A DNA stretch of 64,000 nt, taken from Eledone cirrhosa (Eukaryota). The translations under genes were made by a program, and so were the position numbers. The stretch spans positions 18,786,001 through 18,850,000 of the forward strand of contig OZ024743.1 in assembly GCA_964016885.1 (NCBI GenBank), read 5' to 3'. Numbering within the stretch: position 1 is the stretch's first letter; the number at the start of each line of letters is the position of its first letter. Below the pieces are notes generated by a model that was given only the letters and a program-made list of their open reading frames with translations, had not been told where the DNA came from and made no database searches. This document shows, one piece after another, positions 50,601 through 64,000 of the stretch.

Positions 50601-51807
50601 GTGTTTATGTGTGTATGTGTGTGTGTGTGTATTTGTGTAGGTACGCGTATATGTGTGTATGTATATGTGTGTGCGCATGCATGTGTCTGAATATACCATT
50701 CGGGGAAAATTCTGACAATTTTTCATAAGCGACTTTTATATGTATTATATCATAAACAGCATTTTATGCAAAGATAGAACTTTTGAATTTCTGAAGGATT
50801 ATGAGATTCATAGAAAGTGTAGGAATAGAAAGACATATAGATTATCAGTAGAGGTGGTTGCGAGATTTCACTTAGAACATCAAACAAAGACAACTTACGG
50901 ACGGAAGACAATGTGGTCAGTTGTAGCCTTGAGGGCTCGAAGCTTATATGTGCCTTTGTGTACTGTATGGAAAAAAACACTTGTTGGATTAATCTGAATG
51001 TAAATATAAGAAGAATTAAATAAAAGCCAAACACAAACACGACCACAAAATGCAGTCCGTTCAAAGAAGTACTTAAACCAAATACTTCCTGATGGCTATG
51101 TCGCCACTCGGTCGAATGAGGGGATATGGTGTCGTCAAAAGTAAATCCCCCGAAATAATTTGCAAATGTGTGTGTATTTTTCAGAGCAACTATGGATATC
51201 TTCCTTATACATCCACATACATAAATACATACATAAATACATACATAAATACAAATATGGATGCATACCTACATATATACATATATGCAGCTATTCATAT
51301 ATGAAGGCTCCATCTCACTTTCAATATTCCCCAACCTTGATTCATTCTTCTGCTGTGGGTGGCATAAGCGTAATGTTTTGGCTTTCCAAAAGATTTACAT
51401 TTATTTTTTCATACGTAGCAGTGAGATAAATCCTTTTTGAGCTACGACAAGCCATACTCATGCAACCTTCGAGTGGTTATGATGCATGTACTTCAAACAG
51501 TTGTCAATGGAAACATGTCTTGCACTAATCACATCCCAGGCCATGAACAACGGTTACATGATCATCATCGGTTGCCATCGGTAGCCAACAACATCATCAG
51601 TTGCCATCGAATTATAGGAGTCTTCCGGCTCCTAGAATGATACTCTAACAAGGATTAGCTGTCTCTCAGTTCCGGTGGTTAAAGCACGTGGCCCAACAAA
51701 ATACCGAATAATTCCATGTCCTCTCGTACACACGCACGCAAACACACACACCTACAGAGAGAGAGCGAGAGAGAGAGAGAGACACACACACACACGTGTA
51801 TATATGT

Positions 51808-53532
<1,725 letters not shown>

Positions 53533-53683
53533 AACACACATATATATACACACATACTCACATATATAGAAATATATTTCTGTTTTCCTATGATAAAATT
53601 CTATTAACATTCTCTACTGTTTTATTATTTTCCCATTCTATATCAACTCGTGTGTCGCGCTTCTCAACATTCCAAATATATAT

Positions 53684-54653
53684 TTAATACATTAACAGAG
53701 AAAGCTTTAAGCGATACCCCGACCGTCTCCCATCACGCTCAACAAACATTAGGATATAGCTGAGTATAATCCCAATTATATGGATCGGGTGCTAACTATA
53801 TTGTATTTTGTGGATAGCCGGTTGTATTATTTTATATGAGAAATAATTAAATAAATCTCTATTTTATATGAGGCATAATTAAATAAATTTCCATATGATC
53901 GTTTCGTTCTAAGTTTTCTACAAATTGGGAAAGTAATGTCGAGGTTATGTAGAAGCTTGCATATAGTCCATAGGTATACATACAAGTGGGCACTTATAAT
54001 TCATCAGTGGATGCCCAGCCAATATCAATATAAAAAACCACATTGATATTAATATTCACCGATGGTCCCCGTCCGTGCTAGAATAACCCCCAAAATTTGA
54101 AAGTCCAACAGTCCTTCAAAAGAAAATTTCACAGTGTACCCAAACGGGAAGTGGAGGTAATCGTAAAACATGAAATAATATATACATAGGTCATTGAACC
54201 CTGTTATGAATTCTAACCACGCGTGAAGAACTCAATCGGATATTCGAAAAGATAAATATATATAAGTATTATTTATACACATATAGAGGTATTTTCTCAA
54301 GCAAAAAAAGCAGACATGAGATACAGGAAAGAAACAATCAATATTTCATATAAAGAATAAATAAAGAAAGTCATACCTAAATAACTGGAATGTTCGTATC
54401 TGGTCATCCAAGAGTATAATACTTAATACATTAACAGAGAAAGCTTACAGCGATACTCAGACCGACTCCCATCTCACTCAACAAACATTAGGATATACCT
54501 GAGTATAATCCCAATTATATGTTTGGGGTGCTAAACTATATTGTATTTTGTGGATAGCCGGTTGTATTATTTTATATGAGACATAATTAAATAAATCTCT
54601 CTTTCCATACGATCGTTTCGTTATAAGTTTTCTACAAATTGGGAGAATAATGT
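53684..54653 (+). repeat. Direct repeat pair of ~230-255 bp (53684-53939, 54423-54653), possibly tandem pLTRs
   Basis: TTAATACATTAACAGAGAAAGCTT...TTTTCTACAAATTGGGA occurs twice, 739 bp apart. Confidence 0.8.
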
Positions 54654-55570
54654 TAGTGTATGTATTTATTTATATATGTATATTTATTTATACTTTTCTT
54701 AGGTCAGTATTGTTTGTTTGGGTTTGTTGTTATTCAATTAATTTTTTCTGTTTAGCATTGGCCTTCTAAGTTCTATTTCGACCGCCTCTCTGATATGACC
54801 ACCTGCTGGGTCATTTCTATGTTTAGATATTATGCTAATTTCTATGTTGTCTATGTTACCGTCGTGTTGTTGTCTGGCATGGTCGTATAGTACCGAACCG
54901 TTTTTTCGTCCTTTGAGTTCCCCCCAGTGTTGGTCTATATTTTCACCTATGCTACGAGCTGTCTCGCCTATGTATGTTGTCATGTTTCTGCTAGTACCCT
55001 CTGTACATCTTATGCTATAGAATACGTTTCTAGTTTTACAGTTTATCCGGGGGTTTAAAACAATACTGACTAAGAGAAGAATAAATAAATAAATAAATAC
55101 ATACACAAGCACATTAAAAACAAACACATATAAACACACACTAGTAAACTAAGATAGAATACAATAACCAATACACATTCACCCAAACACGAACACACAT
55201 CAAACAGTATGCACACACGCAAACGCATGCGCAGAGAAGACAACAAATATTTAAATAAACAAATAAATAAACAGACTAATTAAAGATGGCGTAGGCATAC
55301 AATACAACGGGAGGAAACATAATAGCACCACTGACGATGTTGCAGATGTGCAACCAAAGAAATTTTGTTAGACTTTATATATGTGTTTGTGTCTATATTA
55401 TATCTGTATTTTTGACCGTTGGTCAGTAAATGGTAACGTTGAGGACCGAATAAATTAAATTAACCGATATAAAAGAGACAGAACCGAAAACCAACCAAAT
55501 AGTCAGTGTGTTTTGTTATTAATTCTGGCAATATTATTACACAAATATTACCCTCCCCAAGTATAACAAT
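54654..55570. mobile_element. Older family A PLE, inverted: minus GIY-YIG fragment (to ~55055) plus pLTR on the plus strand
   Basis: NPRINCKTRNVFYSIRC...YIGETA on minus. Ends CCCTCCCCAAGTATAACAAT(TA)n. Confidence 0.85.
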
Positions 55571-55571
55571 A

Positions 55572-55648
<77 letters not shown>

Positions 55649-55793
55649 AGGTTTGATGGACCCATCATATTTATCAATGCCAGAACCGGTTGTATCTTAG
55701 CGTACTCCATGGGCGATGTAAGATACATACCCAGAGTATACACAAAGTTATTTGCTTCAACAAAACACACGTAAAACGGGTGCCTATAAGGTT

Positions 55794-55903
55794 CCCGGAC
55801 TCCAGTTTCTGCTGCACTAATGCAGCAGTAAGGTGCACTACACCATCTGTCTGCATATATTATGCAGCAATGCACAATTGTATTATGCGGCTTCATCAGC
55901 GGG
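55794..55903 (-). ncRNA. Hammerhead with long stem II insertion, inside a ~260-bp (TA)n-flanked element (55646-55910)
   Basis: Minus strand CCCG-CTGATGA-[~83 nt]-GAAA-CTGGAG-TC^CGGG. Confidence 0.7.
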
Positions 55904-55920
55904 TATCCCCCTCTCTCTCC

Positions 55921-55962
<42 letters not shown>

Positions 55963-57355
55963 GGAGAGAGAGGGAGAGGGAGAGGGAGAGAGAGAGAGAG
56001 AAGTTAAAAAGTAAGTGTCCTTTATTAATAGAACCGTTATACATATTTCAATGACGATCAATATCTTGATTAAAATGTAACGTTTCCCAGGCAATTTTGT
56101 GTGGAAGGATGTGAACTAAAAAAATATGTACGCGACTGCAACTGCACGGATCAAAACACCCGAAGCCCTGTGAATGTAACTGACTCTCTATAACTCGCCC
56201 TCACTCAGACATTTACCATGGATTTTTCCTTGCAGTTCCTTTCATTCACTCTTTACAATTCTTTTTTTTCATTTATATATATGACTGACTCTCTATAACT
56301 CGCCCCCTCTCAGACATTTATCAGGGATTTTTCCTGCATTTCTTCTCGTTCATTCTCTCTACAATTCTTTTTTACATTTTTCTTTACCTTTATATATACA
56401 TGTGTGTGTATTTCTTTCCTTTATTTCCTTTTTTCGCTTTTATTCTCTTTATGATATCATTTTTCTCGTTCATCCTTACTCATTTGTAGCTTTTCTTACA
56501 TTTTTCCTTAAATCATCTATGTATTATTTGTCTACACTGGATTGGCCGTGATACCAATTATTCGATTATTTAATGTTTACATTCGATTCATTAGATACTT
56601 TAAATAATGTCTGTCATTCTCGACAAGAGGCCACTTTCTTCCATGGGGTGTCAGGACAAGTTAATATCCAGCTCTGAACCCAATCCCTAATAATAATATA
56701 TACTTTGCCAGTAGAGATTTTTTCTTCGCATGTTAACGTCTGAATTCTAGAATTTATTCTTGGTTTGCAGGTTGTGAAACCTTTAATGTATTCTAAAAGT
56801 TATATTAACCATAGTAGTAGGTAACTGTATCGATTTTAGGTTGATGGTATGTATATTATCACGCCATAAATGGGCAGCGGGTACGAACGCACTATATTTT
56901 GAAAGCTAGCATTAAATAGATTTCGGCTGGTCTGAACTTCAACTGACCGTACAGAGCTGTCGGCCGAGGGGGTGGGAGACTGATAAATAGAGAGAACACA
57001 TAAGGTTGGTGGTATTCTTGATTGTAGTCGAGTGCTCAGCCACCCCCTCCCCCTGTAACTAAGGACGGCTGCCGGTGGGTCCTGAAAATTAGAAGGGAGT
57101 GGGCACTCCAAGCTATAACACATTATTTAGCCGCTCCTTTCCACGCAATATTCACTCGGAAACTTTTAATCAAATTTTGCTCTTTGAAGTAATCACAAAA
57201 TCGATCGTCATTGACATATGTATAACGGCTCAATTAATAAAGAAACCTAACTTCTTCAACTTAGCAGTTTCCTCTTTATTAATGTTCTCCGCTATCCTTG
57301 TTTTAGAAAGTAATATGACGTTGAGTGCTAGATGTGAATTGCATCCTTGTATAGG

Positions 57356-57392
<37 letters not shown>

Positions 57393-57396
<4 letters not shown>

Positions 57397-57624
57397 GTGT
57401 GGGATGCTTAAAGTGTCCGTAAGCGGTATGCCGTTTGAGCACTCGATGCTCTTACAGAGCAGAGTGTGATATCACATAAGAAACGGAGAATCAGTGGTGT
57501 GACGAATAAGATTTATTAGACATCATTGTATCGATCGTGCCTCGAGTTGGTCGCCAGAGAAGCGATTGTATTATGTCTAATACATCTTATTCGTCGCACC
57601 ACTTATTCCACGTTTCTTATGTGA
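57393..57624. mobile_element. Fold-back mini-element (57472-57624) plus tail, related to 18887-19180
   Basis: TCACATAAGAAACG / CGTTTCTTATGTGA arms. Shared tail motif TTGAGCACTC.ATGCTC. Confidence 0.7.
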
Positions 57625-58320
57625 CACATATATATACATATATATATATATACAAATATATATAGAGAGAGAAATATATATATATACAGCGTTCTTACCC
57701 GCTGCCCATTTATGGCGTGATAATATACATACCATCAACATACCATTCAAAAACTGTGATAATTATTGCTATTTTGCTGAACTCCTTTGTAGAGTTTTTT
57801 TTCAGAACGTATTTGACTGCTATTTCTTGTAAATAAACATTCACTTCCATCCTGACGTCACTAGCCCCGTTTTTTCCTCATGTGCTTTTTCATAAATACA
57901 CATGAAGGCGAACTAGCCAGTTTTAGAATTCCCTTTTTCGGATTATATTACTGTGAGAGCCCTGGTTTTCTGTTGAGCTCTGCTGATGATTGAAATTCCA
58001 ACCGTGCCCATCTCCACTGAAAGTTTTCATGAAATAGTCTTTTAAGACTATACAGAGCATTTGATGTTATTCCAAATTGAAGGATAAGTGTTTCAAACTT
58101 TATTTTATCATGAGTTAAAGGTCTATAGATTTTCGCTGGATTTTACTAAATTCTGTGGATGAATTTATATCCTGATTCTCTTTTGAGATGAGTTTGAGTT
58201 ATTTTTCCTAAATCTTTCGTTAACTACTTTTCCCATCTTGACGTTATAGTCGCATATATGTTATAGAATGCCGTTAGCTTCTTGCTAAAACAATCTCTAT
58301 ACCTCTCATATATATATATT

Positions 58321-60604
58321 AGTAGATTTGTATTCCAATGTTACTAAGTAGTTGCATTGGATGGAGTCAACCGTCGTCAGAGATTGCTCAACGTATAATA
58401 AAGTGTGTTTTAAAATCTGGAGAAAATATGGAGAAGAAGTTTATGAAATGGAAATGCGGGTATACATAATTTATTAGGTAACAATTGTTTCTATAGTGTA
58501 TGGGTTACCTCTACCTCGCTATTTGAATAATATAAAAATATTATCATAAACCGAAGGTACACTGTAAGCAAACACACCATGTCGTCAGACCTTTGTATTG
58601 GAATGATATGAAAATATGTTATACACTAGATAAAAGATAAAGAGGGAGGTAGGAAGAGAAGGGGAAGAGGGAGGTGAGTAAGGTGGAGGGAGTCTTAGGA
58701 TTTAAGACTGTCAGACTAGTAGAGATTGTAAGGGGAGAATGTTTTGGCAGCAGTTAGCTTAATGAGGCGTGTTAGGGTTGGCGGGGGAAGTAAATTCTTC
58801 TAGTGGTGTTGTTCGGACAAAATTTAGTTAAAGGGGTCAAAGTGGTACATTGTCACAGACAAGTTATTGGGGCTATTATAGTAGCAGGTTATTTCTAAAG
58901 GGGTCCAGAAAACAGTGTTTAGTACTATTATTATAGAAAGCCATATCTTGTGTATAAACATATAAAACAGAAATTTGCAAACGGTGGTAAAAAAGGTAAC
59001 ATTATATGCATTTAAAAAAAGAAAAAGTCGTTTTCAAACGATGGTTACAGTATAGAGAACGTTCAATTTTGCTGTTCAAAAGTTTGTTTACCGACGTTAA
59101 AATGCAGTATATCTCCAAATTGCATAACTTGCAGAATCTATGATTTTGCTTATATGCAGGCGCAGCTGTAATAATTTGCCAATCAAGGGAGAATGCTTGA
59201 TTGTTCCTCCGGAGCTGCCAGGCTTTATCGGCGAGGGTTGTTACGGAGCGCATTTTCCCGTGCCTGATCGAAGATCGATGTTGGTATAGGCACTGGTTAT
59301 TCAGTACATATGGTATAACCCCGTGTACAATTCTTCTATTAGCACTAAGATTATCTCACAATTCTATACACTAATCAATAAACACTTTACAACTTCACAT
59401 AAATACTATAAAATCTTTAACTCGCGCACCATTAGACTCTCATACTCCACTGCACCGAACATAAAACAACTAATTAAAAAACTCAACTCAGCAATACTGA
59501 ATAAGTACATCCCTAATGACTCAGCGCACCAGCATAGCATCATACAACGCACTAACACGCAACTACAACCCCACCAAACTATCCAGGATTCTACTGCAAA
59601 ACATAAAAATAATTGTAACTGCACCAAACCAGGTACGTGCCCACTGAATAACCAGTGCCTAGCACGCAATATTGTCTACCGATGTACAATAAATTCCGGA
59701 ACCAACAAATGGTATTACGTCGGATGTATCGCAACTTCTTTCAAGGCTCGCCTATACCAACATCGATCTTCGATCAGGCACGAGAAAATGCACGCCGTAA
59801 CAACCCTCTCCGATAAAGCCTGGCAGCTCCGGAGGAACAATCAATCATTCTCCCTTGATTGGCAAATTATTACCTGCGCCTGCATATAAGCAAAATCATA
59901 GATTCTGCAAGTTATGCAATTTGGAGATATACTGCATTTTAACGTCGGTAAACAAACTTTTGAACAGCAAAATTGAACGTTCTCTATACTGTAACCATCG
60001 TTTGAAAACGACTTTTTCTTTTTTTAAATGCATATAATGTTACCTTTTTTACCACCGTTTGCCTATTTCTGTTTTATATGTTTATACACAAGATATGGCT
60101 TTCTATAATAATAGTACTAAACACTGTTTTCTGGACCCCTTTAGAAATAACCTGCTACTATAATAGCCCCTATAACTTGTCTGTGACAATGTACCACTTT
60201 GACCCCTTTAACTAAATTTTGTCCGAACAACACCACTAGAAGAATTTACTTCCCCCGCCAATCCTAACACGCCTCATTAAGCTAACTGCTGCCAAAACAT
60301 TCTCCCCTTACAATCTCTACTAGTCTGACAGTCTTAAATCCTAAGACTCCCTCCACCTTACTCATCTCCCTCTTCCCCTTCTCTTCCTACCTCCCTCTTT
60401 ATCTTTTATCTAGTGTATAACATATTTTCATATCATTCCAATACAAAGGTCTGACGACATGGTGTGTTTGCTTACAGTGTACCTTCGGTTTATGATAATA
60501 TTTTTATATTATTCAAATAGCGAGGTATAGGTAACCCGTACACTATAGAAACAATTGTTACCTAATAAATTCTGTATACCCGCATTTCCATTTCATAAAC
60601 TTCT

Positions 60605-60609
<5 letters not shown>
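58321..60609. mobile_element. Hydra-like PLE (family C) inverted insertion: minus arm ~58432-59290, plus arm ~59291-60609, left tail 58321-58431
   Basis: ~860-bp near-identical arms. Plus ORF 59323-60037 (frameshifted) has RLSYSTAPN, CNC..CPL...C, IVYRC..YVG, CKLCNLE. Confidence 0.9.
60447..60563 (+). ncRNA. Hammerhead with ~90-nt stem II (mirror copy 58476-58592, minus)
   Basis: AGGT-CTGACGA-C-ATGGTGTG...TACACTAT-A-GAAA-CAATTG-TT^ACCT-AATAAA. Confidence 0.8.
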
Positions 60610-60642
<33 letters not shown>

Positions 60643-61963
60643 GTCCTTAAAAGACAAAAATATTAACTACAAAATTTCCTGGAGGAAGGTTTGCAACGCC
60701 CTTCCTTACCGGAACTCTTCCCTATACAGAACATGTAATCTCTGCATTGCCGAGAAATTTACCAGTATCTCTAATTTTAATTCTACAATAAATAGATGTA
60801 ATGATTTATATTCGCTCTGCTTGCATAAATCCCATAGAACTTTCCATAAAGTATACAGCTAAAATCTCACTGCCTAATTAGTTTAAAATCTTCTTTACTC
60901 AAACGCTTTTATATCTTTTACAAATATACCCATCTTTCCACCCAATTTCAGTATATTATATTATACAATTTACTCATTCTATTTCGTTAGCGGTCCCCTA
61001 TTGTTCTTTTTTTTTAATCCTTTTTTCCGTTTTTTTTTTCTTTTTAATTTCTAATCTTTAATCTGTAACGTTTACTTCTCAATTACTTCTTAATTCATAT
61101 TATAACTCACTATAGCATTTTCCTTATTTTCTTGGCCATACAAACTTTATTGTTAATATATACTAATATTACCATTAGTAAATTTTGTAAACATATATTT
61201 TTGTTGACGTTATATATTTTTTCTTTCTTAAATTTTCTTCTTTATCCTCTCCTTCCGTGCTCGTTTTAAACCTATTATTTACTTTTTCCTATTACAGTAC
61301 ATAGAAACAAACTTAGACCCTAACTAATTCCTCTAAGTTCATAATTCATTTAATCTCTTCTTCATTCACCTTATCTCCTTAATATTTGTATTTTAATAAT
61401 ACATATAAAAAGATTCCTTTTCGCACATACTATTAAACCCTTAAATATATAAACCTTAAATAAATACTATTCTTAATTCCTTTTTTATAATCATAAACAT
61501 CACCATTCATAAACCTCATTAACTTTTAATTTCAATTTTTTTTTTAAATTATGTATTATCTTACAACGTTTTTTATTAATTTCTCTCTGTGAGACAGTGT
61601 TTCTCAGTATTAAAGGTTATCTCTCTCTCTCTCTCTCTCACTCATTTCTCCTCCTCTCTCATTCGTCCTTCTTATACTCCTCCCTTGTCATCCTTTATTT
61701 TCTTTCTTCCTCTTCCTTACCTTTTCGTTCCCCCTTCCTTCTTTTTTTCCCAATCTCAAATATCCATCTTATTTTATTTTTCATATGTAGATTTAACACT
61801 TCACTGCTCGCAAGTGTTTTTTAGGCTTCATATCATGTCTCCCTATTTTATCTGATGAGAACGCAAATATCATGCCATGATGATATTTGTTTTTGAAATG
61901 CGCATAATAAAATATATGGAACTCTTTTAACCATCTTTTGATCTTATATTATTTATACTCCAG

Positions 61964-62152
61964 CAATAGGGCGGTGGATTGGCAGTATCGGTAGAGGGTT
62001 GGACGCCATGCTTTCTAGCATAGTTTCGTCCCTTTACGGTTTGAGTTCAAATCCCGCCGAGGTTAACTTTGCCTTTCATCCTTACGGGGTCGATAAAAAA
62101 GTACCAGTAATGTACTGGGTAATTGCTGGCCTTGTGCCTAAAGTAGAAACAT
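61964..62152 (+). mobile_element. tRNA-derived SINE with 15-bp TSD, inserted in the pLTR-like repeat
   Basis: TSD TTATTTATACTCCAG at 61949 and 62153. B-box GAGTTCAAATCC. Empty site visible at ~34219-34233. Confidence 0.85.
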
Positions 62153-62239
62153 TTATTTATACTCCAGTCCTATAAATTGTTGAGTGCTACTTATCCGATA
62201 TTTGCATTGCTTTATTCTGCTACAATAAAACTCACCTCC

Positions 62240-62398
<159 letters not shown>

Positions 62399-62491
62399 TT
62401 GTATATTTGTATATATATATATACTGCATATATATATATAACAGCCGTACAAAGAGTGAGAAATGAAATATTTCGTTTCATTTTTTGCATT

Positions 62492-62527
<36 letters not shown>

Positions 62528-62865
62528 TAGTAATAATAATAAATGTGAAGACTAAAATCCAAAGAGGGCTCGATAAGGATAAATATATATCAAATATATG
62601 AGAACCTTAGAGCAAATATTTATTAATCTGTTATAATATATATATATATATATGTATATATTAAAAATATATATTGAGTTAGGAACTCAAAATAGTCACA
62701 TACAACAAAATAGCTCTAACAAAGAGATATTTCTGAGCTGTATATTATAATAGAATATAAAAGAAAAGCGAACACAGACATATATGTGTTCAAATCGGAA
62801 GGGACCTTATTCGCTAAGGTGAAAAGTATACTAACTATAGACAATTGGGTTCGCTTGTCTCAATG

Positions 62866-62906
62866 ATCAGCTGAGGATCCGCTAAGGTGAAACAATTGTT
62901 CTCGGT
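62866..62906 (+). ncRNA. Minimal hammerhead motif
   Basis: AG-CTGAGGA-T-CC gctaa GG-T-GAAA-CAATTG-TT^CT. Weak stems I and II. Confidence 0.55.
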
Positions 62907-62964
62907 ATGGTGAACTAACTGTTGTGGAACCACTTCTATATACATGTGTGTGTGTGTGTGTGTG

Positions 62965-63000
<36 letters not shown>

Positions 63001-63003
<3 letters not shown>

Positions 63004-63816
63004 TATGAAGAGAGAAGAAACATTTAGATATAATTAGTAATAGAATGTATCATACCTAAACTGCTCCTAGATTCCTCGACTACGAAGTTTCGTGGCATAA
63101 ACAAAAACAATACATCATAAAGATATAGAGTCCTTGCGAGGTCTGCCGACTTATCAAGAGGATACCTCATTTTACTAGATTCAAGAACTCGTCCACACGA
63201 CGTGAGAAAGAATCCCAAAAGGCGGAGGGGAGATAGTCACGCGATATAACGGTCGAGAAACAGAGCTAAGCCTCTTATAACCCCGAAGAAAATACCACGG
63301 AGGCGGAGGGGGTATTTATATCGAAGCCGTAGAAGAGGTGGTGAAGGAGGCGAGAAGTATGAGTAATGGCAGCTTTCCAGCAGTAACCACACTTCAAAGA
63401 TTACTCAACCAGAGGGAGTTATTAACAATATATGTTTCTCAACCGTTATATCGCGTGACTAACTCCCCTCCGCCTTTTGGGATTCTTTCTCACGTCGTGT
63501 GGACGCGTTCTTGAAGCTAGTAAACTGAGGTATCCTCTTGATAAGTCGGCAGACCTCGCAAGGACTCTATATCTTTATGATGCATTGTTTTTGTTTATGC
63601 CACGAAACTACGTAGTCGAGGAATCTAGGAGCAGTTTAGGTATGATACATTTTATTACTAATTATATCTAAATGTTTCTTCTCTCTTCATAATGTATTTT
63701 TTACTCTGATACTGGTTCAGTCTAGTTCAACCGGATTGGTCTGTCCCAGTCATTCATTGAGCAACATCGGTGAGGATGGCACCCTTAACTCACGGTTGGG
63801 TGTGGATGCATTCATG
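63001..63816. mobile_element. Non-coding inverted pLTR element: 262-bp arms (63001-63262 / 63433-63694) plus ~120-nt right tail
   Basis: Mirror arms, (TA)n flanks, one HHR in each arm. Confidence 0.85.
63533..63622 (+). ncRNA. Hammerhead, U3:A8 variant with extended stem II (mirror copy 63073-63162, minus)
   Basis: TCCTC-TTGATAA-GTCGGCA...TGCCAC-GAAA-CTACGTAG-TC^GAGGA. Palindromic stem III, GUC triplet. Confidence 0.85.
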
Positions 63817-63853
63817 TATATGTGTGTGTCCGCATGTATCTGTGTGTTTCTAA

Positions 63854-63980
<127 letters not shown>

Positions 63981-64000
63981 GCATATCTACACACAATGCA

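Overview
AT-rich eukaryotic non-genic DNA made almost entirely of mobile elements and (TA)n/(CA)n/(TAA)n microsatellites. I recognise no host gene. The tRNA-derived SINEs resemble those I recall from octopus genomes, so a cephalopod source is likely (inference). Main content: (1) one intact 1130-aa R4/Dong-type RT plus restriction-like-endonuclease LINE between (TAA)n tracts, and two decayed relatives; (2) many Penelope-like element (PLE) insertions (Naiad-, Hydra- and Neptune-like GIY-YIG/RT fragments), mostly tail-out inverted repeats in (TA)n, often with one arm extended by a 40-120 nt tail; (3) roughly 15-20 type I hammerhead ribozyme (HHR) motifs, including U3:A8 covariant cores and long stem II insertions; (4) a 10.4-kb decayed Buster/Charlie hAT transposon with TIRs and an 8-bp TSD, full of nested inserts; (5) SINEs, a hAT-like MITE, a Helitron-like element and an L1/Tx1 relic. 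The best candidate for a new system is a non-coding ~310-320 nt tandem-monomer family (3115-4135, 22446-23021, 39631-39792). Its complete monomers each carry one HHR, and its subfamilies keep the same fold with different sequence (covarying stems, GCAA/UUCG tetraloop swap, different HHR core). It looks like a non-LTR retrozyme / circular-RNA replicon, probably mobilised by PLEs. All structures were read by eye; none was computed.
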